From: an uncultured Verrucomicrobiae bacterium
GTDB taxonomy: Bacteria; Verrucomicrobiota; Verrucomicrobiia; Opitutales; JABDGR01
Assembly: GCA_963765205.1 (NCBI GenBank)
Contig: CAVXVB010000005.1
Location: forward strand, 512,001 to 576,000
DNA length: 64,000 nt
Direction of reading: 5' to 3'
Shown: positions 1 through 9,285 of the stretch, in pieces
Numbering within the stretch: the first letter of the stretch is position 1
Layout: each line of letters opens with the position of its first letter
The notes under the pieces: generated by a model
What the model saw: only the letters and a program-made list of their open reading frames with translations
Told to the model about the DNA's origin: nothing
The model's database searches: none
Position numbers and translations under genes: made by a program

Positions 1-856
1 CTACACCCTCCTCTGCGCCCCCGACGGGGGCGTCGTGGACGACATCATCGTCTACCGCACTGGTCCCCAGAGCTACCTCCTCTGTCTCAACGCCGGCAAT
101 ACACCCACCGACCTCGCCTGGCTCAGCGAACACGCCAAGCGCTTCGATTGCGAGTTCCGTGACGCTTCCGCCGACTACGCCCAGCTCGCCCTGCAAGGCC
201 CGCGCGCGGTCGAGATTGCCACCCGTCTCGCCCCCTCTGCCGTTCGTCTGGCCGATGTGCCTCGCTTCAGTTTTGTGGAAATTGTCCTGTCTGGCGTCCC
301 CATGCTCGCCAGCCGCACCGGCTACACCGGCGAAGACGGTTTCGAGTTTTACCTCCAGCCTGGCCAGGCCGAAGCCTTTGCGGACGCCCTTCTTAAGGCT
401 GGCGCCGACCTCGGTCTCAAGCCTTGTGGTCTTGGCGCGCGCGACAGCCTGCGCCTCGAAGCCGGCCTGCCTCTGTATGGCCATGAAATCAGCCGTGAAA
501 TTTCGCCTCTTCAAGCCGGTTTGGCCTGGGCCGTCAAACTCGACAAACCGGGCGGCTTTATCGGGCGCGATGCCCTCGCCGCCGAAGCCGCCGCCGGCCC
601 CGCCCGCCGCGTGGTCTTTTTCACTCTCGACGACCGCCGCGTCGCCCGCGCCGACATGGTCGTTAGCGCCGCCGGTCAGCCCGTTGGCCGCGTCCTTTCC
701 GGCACGGTCTCACCCATCCTGAACCAACCCATCGGCAGCGCCCTCGTCGCCAGCGCCGCGCTGAAGTCCGGCGCCCCGCTCACCGTGGACGTGCGTGGCG
801 CGGCGCTTCCCCTGCGCGTGGCCAAACCGCCGCTGCATAAGGCCGGAAAATTATGA
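1..856 (+). CDS. gcvT: Glycine cleavage system aminomethyltransferase T (5'-truncated by window edge)
   Basis: Frame open from window start (YTLLCAPDGGVVDDIIVYR); motifs LALQGP, SRTGYTGEDGFE, GLGARDSLRLEAGLPLYGHE; followed by gcvH. Confidence 0.95.
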   Translation, partial: YTLLCAPDGGVVDDIIVYRTGPQSYLLCLNAGNTPTDLAWLSEHAKRFDCEFRDASADYAQLALQGPRAVEIATRLAPSAVRLADVPRFSFVEIVLSGVPMLASRTGYTGEDGFEFYLQPGQAEAFADALLKAGADLGLKPCGLGARDSLRLEAGLPLYGHEISREISPLQAGLAWAVKLDKPGGFIGRDALAAEAAAGPARRVVFFTLDDRRVARADMVVSAAGQPVGRVLSGTVSPILNQPIGSALVASAALKSGAPLTVDVRGAALPLRVAKPPLHKAGKL

Positions 857-1005
857 ATTATGATTTATGAGTTATGAAATCAAACCAGCCGCTGAAAATT
901 CCGGTGAAAAGTTTTTATTTTACCTTTCGCTTCGGGCGTTGTATTTTGGCTTATTCTTCATTCCGCCCTCTTCACTTCATAAATCTTAAATCATAATTCA
1001 TAATT
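851..1005. repeat. Inverted pair of heptamer tandem arrays (TTATGAN)n ... (NTCATAA)n
   Basis: ttatgaattatgatttatgagttatgaaat at 851-880 and ttcataaatcttaaatcataattcataatt at 976-1005. Confidence 0.75.
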
Positions 1006-1010
1006 CTTCC

Positions 1011-1391
1011 ATGTCTTCCGTCCCCGACGATTTCCACTACACCAAGGACCACGAATGGCTCCAGCCCGCGGGCGCGGGCGTCGCGCTCGTCGGCGTCACC
1101 GATTACGCGCAGCAAAGCCTCGGCGACATCGTTTATGTCGAGCTGCCCAAGCCCGGCGCGCGCTTGGCCGCCGGCGCCACCTTCGGCGTGGTCGAGTCCG
1201 TCAAAGCCGCCTCGGATTTATATATGCCTGTCGCGGCCGAGGTCCTGGAGGTTAATTCCGCGCTGGAGACCATGCCCGAACTCGTCAACCAAGTCCCCTA
1301 TGCCGGCGGCTGGATGCTCAAAGTGCGCCTCGCCGACCCCGCCGCCGCGACCCAGTTGCTCGACGCCGCCGCCTACCGGAAACTGATTTAG
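1011..1391 (+). CDS. gcvH: Glycine cleavage system H protein
   Basis: YTKDHEW, GVTDYAQQSLGDIVYVELP, lipoyl-lysine motif VESVKAASD, PYAGGWM. Confidence 0.97.
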   Translation: MSSVPDDFHYTKDHEWLQPAGAGVALVGVTDYAQQSLGDIVYVELPKPGARLAAGATFGVVESVKAASDLYMPVAAEVLEVNSALETMPELVNQVPYAGGWMLKVRLADPAAATQLLDAAAYRKLI

Positions 1392-2182
1392 TTTTGCCGC
1401 CCCAGTCCATGCGTCTGTAAAAATCCGCGCAGTCCCTCGGCAAACGCCGCGCGGTTTTCCAAATGCGCCAGATGCCCGGCCTTTGGCACCAGTAACAACT
1501 GCGCTCCGCTGATGCCCGCCAGCATTTTTTTGGCCAGCGCCGCGTATTTTTCGTCCTCGGCCCCCGCGCACACCAAAACTGGCAGGCGCAACTCGCCCAG
1601 CCGCTCCCACACCGGCGCGAGCGCGCCCTGGCCAAATTGCCGCAAACTTGCCGCCAAACCCGCCGCGCGCAAAAGCCGCCGCCGCTCCCGCATCGCTGCG
1701 CGCCACGCCTCCGGCAACCGCGCCTGGGTGGCAATCAACGACCGCCGCTGCCACTCTTCGAGAAACGCCGGCACGCCCTCCACCCTAATTTTGTCCGCCA
1801 GCAATTCATCCGCCGCGCGCCGCTGGGCGCGTTCGGCGGCCTCCTCGATGCCCGGTGAAACGCCGATCAACACCAACGCCGCGCAGCGGCCCGGCCGCGC
1901 CAGCGCATACCGCAGCGCCAGCCGGCCGCCCAGCGAATAGCCCAATAAAATTATCGGCGCGCCGTTTGTTGCAGTAATCAATTCATCCAAATAGCGCAGG
2001 CCCACTTCCAACCCGCAGTCATCCGTTGGCGCACCCGGCGCGGAAAGCTCCGGCGCGTGACCCGGCAGATCCGGTGTGAGCCACTTGAACTCCGGTAAAA
2101 CCTCAACCAGCGGCGCAAAATCACCGCTGCCGCCCGTAAAGCCGTGCAGGGCGAGGATAGTTGGGTGCGAGGAAAGGTTCAC
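1388..2182 (-). CDS. Alpha/beta hydrolase, MenH (SHCHC synthase)-like
   Basis: LHGFTG, DLPGH, GYSLGGRLAL nucleophile elbow, GAEDEKY, AGHLAHLE as in MenH; no other men genes adjacent. Confidence 0.75.
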   Translation of the reverse strand: MNLSSHPTILALHGFTGGSGDFAPLVEVLPEFKWLTPDLPGHAPELSAPGAPTDDCGLEVGLRYLDELITATNGAPIILLGYSLGGRLALRYALARPGRCAALVLIGVSPGIEEAAERAQRRAADELLADKIRVEGVPAFLEEWQRRSLIATQARLPEAWRAAMRERRRLLRAAGLAASLRQFGQGALAPVWERLGELRLPVLVCAGAEDEKYAALAKKMLAGISGAQLLLVPKAGHLAHLENRAAFAEGLRGFLQTHGLGRQN

Positions 2183-2266
2183 CGCAAAGGCGCCAAGGGC
2201 GCAAAGAAATCAAAGCTGGGTCAAAACAAAAAACTCCCTTTGCGCTCTTCGCGTCTTGGTGGTGAA
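2178..2266. repeat. Intergenic inverted repeat (CACCGCAAAGGCGC/CTTTGCG family)
   Basis: ttcaccgcaaaggcgccaagggcgcaaag (2178-2206) vs ctttgcgctcttcgcgtcttggtggtgaa (2238-2266); related half copies at 13530-13557 and 19910-19938. Confidence 0.75.
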
Positions 2267-2275
2267 AAAAATTAG

Positions 2276-2761
<486 letters not shown>

Positions 2762-2806
2762 GGGAAAGCAAAAGATGACGAATAAAAGGCCAAGGGTAAA
2801 GTCTCT

Positions 2807-3211
2807 TTAAAGTTGCCGGCGCAACAAAGGGTCGAAGCCGGCCTGCGCAAAATGCTCGTCGTAAGCCGGCGCCCGGGTAATGCCTTTCGCCCGCATCAAG
2901 TGGAATGAAATGCAATCCGTGAGCGACCAATCTTTGTCCATCCGGGTGAAGTGCAGTCGCAAGCCGGAGTCAAAAATATCTTGCGCCGCAGGAACGCATT
3001 CCCACCCCTTGGCTACGCGAACCTGGTTCACCAAAACACGCGCGCTGGCCCGGTTCCGGGCTTTCGAAAGAGTGTTCACGCACTCCAGCAGGACATACTC
3101 TGTCGTGATCACCGGTTCGTTGACGGCGGCCGACCAAGCCACCGCTCGCTCATGCAGTTGGTCGCGCGGTGTGAAAAGCGCGATAAAATAACCCGTGTCG
3201 GCAAAGATCAT
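2807..3211 (-). CDS. PIN-domain (VapC-like) toxin
   Basis: IFADTGYFIAL, TTEYVLLE, WSLTDCISF, YDEHFAQAGF acidic PIN motifs; start overlaps upstream stop. Confidence 0.9.
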   Translation of the reverse strand: MIFADTGYFIALFTPRDQLHERAVAWSAAVNEPVITTEYVLLECVNTLSKARNRASARVLVNQVRVAKGWECVPAAQDIFDSGLRLHFTRMDKDWSLTDCISFHLMRAKGITRAPAYDEHFAQAGFDPLLRRQL

Positions 3212-3468
3212 CGGTGCTTGGGCACCCCATAAAGGTAATGGTCGTGTTGCACCGCGGCATCTGCGGGCAAATCCGCCGGCGTGAGCGCGGCGGCGCGGGC
3301 CAGACGTTGCAGCGGGGAAATTTGCGAAAGGCTTTTTGCGGCGAACGGCTTACTTTTCAAGCCATTCAATCGCCGGCCAAAAGACCCCCGCAAACGCGCC
3401 GCCAGTGCCCGGGCTTGGCGCGGAGGCAGCTTGCGGATGGCGGCTTCGATCTCGGCCACAGTACTCAT
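3208..3468 (-). CDS. Putative antitoxin for the adjacent PIN toxin
   Basis: Likely start ATG 3468 (MSTVAEIEAAIRKLPP...), C-terminal LPADAAVQHDHYLYGVPK; translationally coupled to PIN gene. Confidence 0.75.
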   Translation of the reverse strand: MSTVAEIEAAIRKLPPRQARALAARLRGSFGRRLNGLKSKPFAAKSLSQISPLQRLARAAALTPADLPADAAVQHDHYLYGVPKHR

Positions 3469-3524
3469 GGCGAAAAAATGGGCAGGCCGGGCTGATTTGT
3501 CAAACACTCTGTGTCGGCGCCTCG

Positions 3525-3866
3525 CTAAAATATCCGCAGCTCCGCCACCGGGCGGCCGCCGACGAGGTGCTCCTGGATGATCCGTTCGAGGTTCGCTGGC
3601 GTGCAGGAGTGATACCACACGCCCTCGGGATACACCACCGCGATGGGCCCGCGCTCGCACACGCGCAGGCAATTCGCCTTGGTGCGCGCCACGCCGCCGC
3701 GCTCGGACAGGCCGAGTTCCTTCAGCCGCCGCTTCAGGAAATCCCACGAGGCCAGGCCCGCCTCCTTTGCGCAGCATTTTGGCTCCGTCTGGTCCGCGCA
3801 CAAAAAAATATGCCGGTGCACGGCGTCGAGGCCGTAACTCGCGGCGATTTCGTCCAGGGCAGGCAT
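3525..3866 (-). CDS. Thioredoxin-like (2Fe-2S) ferredoxin
   Basis: [37 protein letters not shown]; start taken at MPALD (3866). Confidence 0.88.
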   Translation of the reverse strand: MPALDEIAASYGLDAVHRHIFLCADQTEPKCCAKEAGLASWDFLKRRLKELGLSERGGVARTKANCLRVCERGPIAVVYPEGVWYHSCTPANLERIIQEHLVGGRPVAELRIF

Positions 3867-3871
3867 GGGGA

Positions 3872-4018
3872 GAAGGATGAAGGATGAGGGATGAAGGAGA
3901 AGACAAAATTTCGAATGATGAAGGGAAAACCACAAAAGTGCTGGCCTGCAAAGTGTCTTAGGTGAAATGCAAACCTGGCCTTCGAAATATTCATCCTTCA
4001 TCCCTCATCCTTCATCCC
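3872..4018. repeat. Inverted pair of heptamer arrays (GGATGAA)n ... (TTCATCC)n
   Basis: gaaggatgaaggatgagggatgaagga 3872-3898 and ttcatccttcatccctcatccttcatccc 3990-4018. Confidence 0.75.
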
Positions 4019-4658
4019 TGCTTCTGCCCCGCGATTCCCTTTCCTGCTGCCGGAATTCCTCCACCGGCAGCCCCATGCCGGCAAATTTCAGATACAACAG
4101 CCGGCTGATCCACGCGTCCGTCGCGGCATAGGTGATTTGCGGCTGGGTCAGGTCCGGCCGCGCCCAGTTCGTCACTTGCGCGCCCTTCGACACCCGGTAG
4201 CCTAAAAACATCGCGCTCAAATTGCGCAGGCCCGTGTTGTTCACCTCCAACCGGCGCGACATGTCGCTGATCTCCACAAAATTCCGCGGCGTGAAGTCAC
4301 CCAGTTCCTGGAGTTTTTTGATGTCGTCGCGGATGGCCACGCCGGCCTTGCGGATGGCCGGGTCGGCCAGCAGCGCCAGCACCGGGTCCAGATGGTCCAG
4401 CAGATGCAACTGGAACAGATAGACCCGCTCCGCCCCCGCCATTTGCAGCAGCGCCACCGGGTGGTTGTCGCCCCGGCGGAAGGACGGGCGCGACTCGGTG
4501 TCAAAGCCCACCAGCGTTTCGTCGCGCAGGTAATCCACCGCCGCGTGGGCCGCCCGTGCGTGCGCCACCAGCGTGATCGGGCCTTCGTAGCGCGCCAAGG
4601 GCAGGGCGTTGACGTCCGCCTTGGCGATGGTGGTGGGAAACGTGGTCGGGCTGGGCAC
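4005..4658 (-). CDS. DEDDy 3'-5' exonuclease (RNase D/WRN-like domain)
   Basis: VGFDTESRP (ExoI), DDIKKL, TNW...QITYAATDAW (ExoIII); start uncertain, GTG 4658 assumed. Confidence 0.9.
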   Translation of the reverse strand: MPSPTTFPTTIAKADVNALPLARYEGPITLVAHARAAHAAVDYLRDETLVGFDTESRPSFRRGDNHPVALLQMAGAERVYLFQLHLLDHLDPVLALLADPAIRKAGVAIRDDIKKLQELGDFTPRNFVEISDMSRRLEVNNTGLRNLSAMFLGYRVSKGAQVTNWARPDLTQPQITYAATDAWISRLLYLKFAGMGLPVEEFRQQERESRGRSRDEG

Positions 4659-4779
4659 AGGATGCAGATTAAAACACCACTCTAGCGAAGTTGCCTTCGC
4701 GAGAAAAGCCCGAAGTGCGGCGGGCCAAAAATCCGCGGACGCCGCGGAGCGGCGTCCCCACCGAATTACCGCCAATTTT

Positions 4780-5871
4780 CTACAACTCAACTTCCAATCC
4801 ATCATACGCCAAAAACACTTCGGCGGGGAATTTGCCGGACTGCGGGTTCTTCCGGTTCATTTCCTGGTGATACAATTCCGCATACATCCGCGTGTTGAAC
4901 AGCGACTCCGACAACTCCGCGTCGCTGTGGTGCGGGTCGTGGTGGAACAGCGCCAGGCGCTTGACCCGCGCGCGCGCCGCCAGCTCGACGCCGATCACGC
5001 TGCTCGAGTGGCCCCAGTCGGCCTTGTCGAAAATCGCCTCCTCGAGCGAATACATCGCGTCAAACACCAACAGGTCGGCGTCCGCGTAAAAGTCCAGCAG
5101 CGGATAATTCGGCGAGGCCGTGTCCGCCTGTTTGTGTTCGCAATCCGTGGAATAAACAAAAACCTTGCCCGCGCGCTCCACGCGAATGCCGAAGGAAGTG
5201 CCGGGGTGGTTTTGCTCGCACAGCCGCACCCGCAGGCCGGCGATGTCATGGTTCTCACCCTGGCTGAGGTGCTGAAAGTGGATCTTCGCCTTGAGGTATT
5301 CGTAGGGCACCGGAAAATACGGCGTCGAAAATTGCGTGCGCACCGCCTCCTCGATTTTCTCATGCACCCCGTAGAAGGTCACCTGCGACCCGGGCGCATA
5401 CATCGGGTAAAAAAACGGCAGCCCCTGCACATGGTCCCAATGCAGGTGGGAAAGAAAGATGTGGAAATGCGCCCCGCCCGGAAACCCCGGCTGGGTCCCG
5501 CGCAATTGTTGCCGGCGGTAATCAAACGCAAAATCGCGCAAGCCCGTCCCCGCGTCCAAAAGCACGATATCCGCCGCGTTGGCCCCCACCTGCACGCACG
5601 CCGTGTTGCCGCCGCACGTCCCCCGCGTCGCAAACGGCAAATGCTGGTCCACCCAGGCCGCCAGCGCGATTTCGTCGGCGGGCAAGTCCCGGCCCCGCGC
5701 GACCGCCAACGCCTGCACCACCTTGTCGCGCACTTGCGCGGCAGTCAGCGGGGTGGGCAGCGAGCCACGGGTTCCCCAAAACTTTATCTTGATGGTGTCC
5801 AGAGCGGCGGCATTCTGCCCGCTCCCTTGCCCACTGGCGAGCGAAAAGACGGGCCGGCCGGGACAAACCAC
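4780..5871 (-). CDS. MBL-fold metallo-hydrolase
   Basis: FWGTRGS, GGNTAC, LDAGTG, SHLHWDHVQG, TDCEH, WGHSS, FHHDP; true start probably near 5800. Confidence 0.88.
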   Translation of the reverse strand: MVCPGRPVFSLASGQGSGQNAAALDTIKIKFWGTRGSLPTPLTAAQVRDKVVQALAVARGRDLPADEIALAAWVDQHLPFATRGTCGGNTACVQVGANAADIVLLDAGTGLRDFAFDYRRQQLRGTQPGFPGGAHFHIFLSHLHWDHVQGLPFFYPMYAPGSQVTFYGVHEKIEEAVRTQFSTPYFPVPYEYLKAKIHFQHLSQGENHDIAGLRVRLCEQNHPGTSFGIRVERAGKVFVYSTDCEHKQADTASPNYPLLDFYADADLLVFDAMYSLEEAIFDKADWGHSSSVIGVELAARARVKRLALFHHDPHHSDAELSESLFNTRMYAELYHQEMNRKNPQSGKFPAEVFLAYDGLEVEL

Positions 5872-5880
5872 CCCGCCCGT

Positions 5881-7602
5881 TCAGGGCTTGGCTGTAATTA
5901 CCGGGGCCAGAATCACGCGCAAACCGATGTTATCGGTCGCCGTGTCGGGCGGGACGCCGTCGTCCCGGGGCCGCGCGGCCGAGCGCGCGTCAGTGGCGTT
6001 GTCCCGCCAGCCCCCCCCGCGGAAGAACCGTTTGGCGTTCGGGTCGCCGGCCCCGGTCGCCGGCGCCGTGATGGCGCCGCCGGGCAGCCGCGATTTATAC
6101 GGATCGAGCACCCATTGGGCCACGTTGCCATTTACGTCGTAAAGATGGAACGGATTGGGCTTATACGAGCCGACCGGCTTGGTCCCGCTCACGCTATTTT
6201 GCGCAATCAACTCCGACCCCGACCCCGTCGGGTAGGTGCCGTTAAAATTGGCGTTCGTCGGGTCGGCATGATCGCCGAACCAGAAGGCCGTGGTGGTGCC
6301 GGCGCGCGCCAAATATTCCCATTCCGCCTCGGTCGGCAGCCGGAATTCATAGCCCGCCGGCAGCCGGTGGGCGGCGGCCTCCCGTTCCGTCAGCCGCCGC
6401 GTGAACTCCACCGCCTTGCTCCACGAGACGCGCTCGACCGGGAAATTGCCCTGCTGGGGATCGTTCTGGCCAAACGCCGACGGATTCTCGCCCATCACGG
6501 CTTGATACTGCATTTGCGTCACCGTGTATTTACCGGCCCAGAACCCGGCTGGAATCTGGACCTGGGTGGCCGGGCCTTCGCTGGCCCGGCGGGCAATTTC
6601 GCTCCCGGGGCTGCCCATGGTGAAATTGCCGGGCGGAATCCATTCGAGAACCAAATTCAGGTAGGGAACGTTATACTCCTGGCCGGCCGCCGGCGGCTGC
6701 ATCCGGCTCAAGGGCACCGCCAAATGCATCGCTTCATTGGGAGCGGGTTTGAACACGCGCTCGTAGTTCGAATAGTCCTGGGCCTCGACGCGCACCGTGT
6801 CCGCCTGGTTCGGCGGCAGTTCGTAAGAGCCATCCGGTTTTGCCGGCAGCGGGTGGTTGTTTAAAAACACGGCAACCGGCACGACCGGATCCGGCTGGAT
6901 GACCAGCCGCGCGGGCCGGGGCTGCAAATCGGCCGCGGCGGCGGCGGTTTTGCCCGCTTCGATGGTGACGTTCTTGTCCACCGGGAAATAATCCGGATGC
7001 GTAAAAGTAACTTGATAGGAACCTTCGAGCATGTCCGGCACCTGCTTCGTCGAAGCTGGGAAAGGATTCTGGTTGACGAGGATTTTCGCGTCGCGTTGTT
7101 CCAGCGCCGTGGGCGCGTGGCCCGCCAGTTTGAAGTCCAGGCTCAAGGCGCCCATGCGCGCCGTCAGGTCGCCCACGTCAATGTTGCCCGTAAAGCCGGG
7201 GCCGACCCGCAGCGTGCGTTCCACGGTTTGGTAGCCGGCCAATTCAAACGTGAGCTTCACCGTCGTATCCACCGGAATTTTGGTCGTCGTCAGCGGGGTC
7301 GTCCCCAGCACCTGCGAGCCGATGCGCACGGTGGCGCCGGGCTGTTTGGTGCTCAAGTAGATGGTGGCGGGCTGGGCGGTGAGGTTCAGGTCGAAATGGT
7401 AGGTCTTGGTCAATTCGATTTTTTGATCCGTCAACTGCGCGCTTGTGTAATCCTCCTTGTTGGCCGCAAACGTGTAGGTGCCGTCGCCGAGGTTTTGCGT
7501 GATGCGCAGCTTGCCCTTGTCATCGGCCACCCCCAACGGGATGGGCGGCCCCTTGGCCGGTTGCGCCGTGATGGTCGCGCCCGGCGCGGTCGAGAAATCC
7601 AC
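5881..7602 (-). CDS. PEGA-repeat + SUMF1/FGE-family domain protein (probably the C-terminal part of a frameshifted fusion with the upstream kinase-like ORF)
   Basis: PEGA-like repeats (GTTPL...AGYQ), FTMGS, FPVERVSW, RLPTEAEWEY, PNPFHLYDVNGNVAQW, RGGGW; frame stays open upstream (QRVHRFINLDPNWAIVDFST). Confidence 0.85.
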   Translation of the reverse strand: MDFSTAPGATITAQPAKGPPIPLGVADDKGKLRITQNLGDGTYTFAANKEDYTSAQLTDQKIELTKTYHFDLNLTAQPATIYLSTKQPGATVRIGSQVLGTTPLTTTKIPVDTTVKLTFELAGYQTVERTLRVGPGFTGNIDVGDLTARMGALSLDFKLAGHAPTALEQRDAKILVNQNPFPASTKQVPDMLEGSYQVTFTHPDYFPVDKNVTIEAGKTAAAAADLQPRPARLVIQPDPVVPVAVFLNNHPLPAKPDGSYELPPNQADTVRVEAQDYSNYERVFKPAPNEAMHLAVPLSRMQPPAAGQEYNVPYLNLVLEWIPPGNFTMGSPGSEIARRASEGPATQVQIPAGFWAGKYTVTQMQYQAVMGENPSAFGQNDPQQGNFPVERVSWSKAVEFTRRLTEREAAAHRLPAGYEFRLPTEAEWEYLARAGTTTAFWFGDHADPTNANFNGTYPTGSGSELIAQNSVSGTKPVGSYKPNPFHLYDVNGNVAQWVLDPYKSRLPGGAITAPATGAGDPNAKRFFRGGGWRDNATDARSAARPRDDGVPPDTATDNIGLRVILAPVITAKP

Positions 7603-7624
7603 AATCGCCCAATTCGGATCCAGA

Positions 7625-9031
7625 TTAATAAACCGGTGGACGCGTTGCGCTCTGCGTGCTGAAGTTGAAGTGCATCGGGCGGTATTGCGGCGGCGATTCC
7701 ACCGTGATGTTGTGTTCGCCGGGGGCGACTTCCAGGCGCAATTCCCCGTCGGCTATCGGCATTTTGTTGTTGTCAATCGTCACCATCGCGGTGCGCGGCG
7801 TCACCGTCAGCTCAAGGTTCAGGCCATGCGCCCCCTCCGGCACGCGCACCGCCGGCAGGTCCGTGGTCAGATCGTCGTCGCTGGTTTCCACCTGCACATA
7901 AACAAACGCCGCGATGGCGACGGCGATCAGCGCCGGCAGCCCGATGAAGAGCAGGCGTTGCACCAGCGTCAACTGCTTGCGCGCGAGGCGCGGCGCCTTG
8001 CCCGGTTTGTTGACCTTGACCAGTGGCGATTTGCTCCCGCCCGGCTTTTTGGGGGCGGGTTTGGGCGCGGGTGTTTCCGGCCCCAGCAAAAGTTCGAGCG
8101 GCTGCTTTTGGGCGGTCGGGGTCAGGTGCGCGATGTTGCGCAGGTCGGCCAGCGCGGCGTTCGCGGTCGCATAGCGTTCCTCCGGTTTGCGTTGCAGGCA
8201 GCGCAGCGTAAACGCGTCCCAGCCCGCCTCGATCCCCGGCTGCACTTGCGACGGTGGCTGGTACGGCGATGTCGGCTTGCGCCCCGTCAGCAGCCAGTGG
8301 GTGTTGACGCCGATGGCGTAAATGTCCGAGCGATATTCCAGGGCCTGCCGCAGGCGCGCCTCGGGCGACAAAATGTCCGTCGTCCCCAAAAACGAACGGT
8401 TCGGGTCCAGCTTCAACGGCGGAATCCCCGCCGACACCAGCATCTCGAACAACTCCTGCCCGAGAATCGCCAGAAAATGATAGCCATAAACCTTCACCCC
8501 GCCGAAACCCGAGCGCAAAATTTTCGTCGGGTTCAGGTTCAGGTGCATCGCCTTGTTTTCGTGCGCGTAGGCCAGCCCCGCCAGCACCTGTTCCAGAATC
8601 GGTGTCACCTGCGATGCCGGCAGGTTCACCGGCTCCTTGTTGTCCGACGCGCTCAGTTGCGAGCCGGTCAGCATCATCAAGTGGTCGGGAATGCTCAGCC
8701 CCTCGAACTCCTCGCCGATCAGGCAGTAATTGTTTTGAATGATGATCGGCTGCGTGAAATTCAGCAGGTTCGCGTGCTTGAGCTGGCACAGCTTCTTCGT
8801 TTGGACCACAAACCGGTCGGGAAATTCCTTATCTTGCGCCACCAGCGTCGGAAAGACGAACAACGTTTCCTTTTTGCCCGACTGCTGGTTTTGCGCCAGA
8901 TACAGGCTCCCCAGCATGTCATACGCCAGGCAGCGCAGGATGACATAATCGCCGAACGGCTTCCCGTCCTCGATGATCTCGTAGGCGCGGCCCGGCGGTG
9001 CCGACGGCTTCTTGGAGCTGAATTCGAACAT
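7625..9031 (-). CDS. Ser/Thr kinase-fold protein with transmembrane helix, catalytically degenerate
   Basis: Kinase fold spacing (LKHANLL, GLAYAH, LSPE, SDIYAIG, CLQRKPEERY) followed by TM LLFIGLPALIAVAIAAFVYV; start MFEFSS at 9031 assumed. Confidence 0.82.
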   Translation of the reverse strand: MFEFSSKKPSAPPGRAYEIIEDGKPFGDYVILRCLAYDMLGSLYLAQNQQSGKKETLFVFPTLVAQDKEFPDRFVVQTKKLCQLKHANLLNFTQPIIIQNNYCLIGEEFEGLSIPDHLMMLTGSQLSASDNKEPVNLPASQVTPILEQVLAGLAYAHENKAMHLNLNPTKILRSGFGGVKVYGYHFLAILGQELFEMLVSAGIPPLKLDPNRSFLGTTDILSPEARLRQALEYRSDIYAIGVNTHWLLTGRKPTSPYQPPSQVQPGIEAGWDAFTLRCLQRKPEERYATANAALADLRNIAHLTPTAQKQPLELLLGPETPAPKPAPKKPGGSKSPLVKVNKPGKAPRLARKQLTLVQRLLFIGLPALIAVAIAAFVYVQVETSDDDLTTDLPAVRVPEGAHGLNLELTVTPRTAMVTIDNNKMPIADGELRLEVAPGEHNITVESPPQYRPMHFNFSTQSATRPPVY

Positions 9032-9285
9032 GGGCGGTGAAAAGGCGACAATAAACCTCTCCGGCGCGGGAACGCCGGCTCCGCCCAGTATAGGAACCCC
9101 GGCCCCGCGCAGAAGCATAAAATGCACCAACCCACCGCCCCGGCCCGCAAGGGCCGGGGGGCTTTTGTTGGCGGGCCTGAGCTTGTTCTAACTTCTAATA
9201 AGTCCCAATCCTCAATAAGGAATTTACTGTCAATTTAACGAATTGTTGTGGGATTTTACGGTTTGGCGGTTCTATATAGGGTAAG

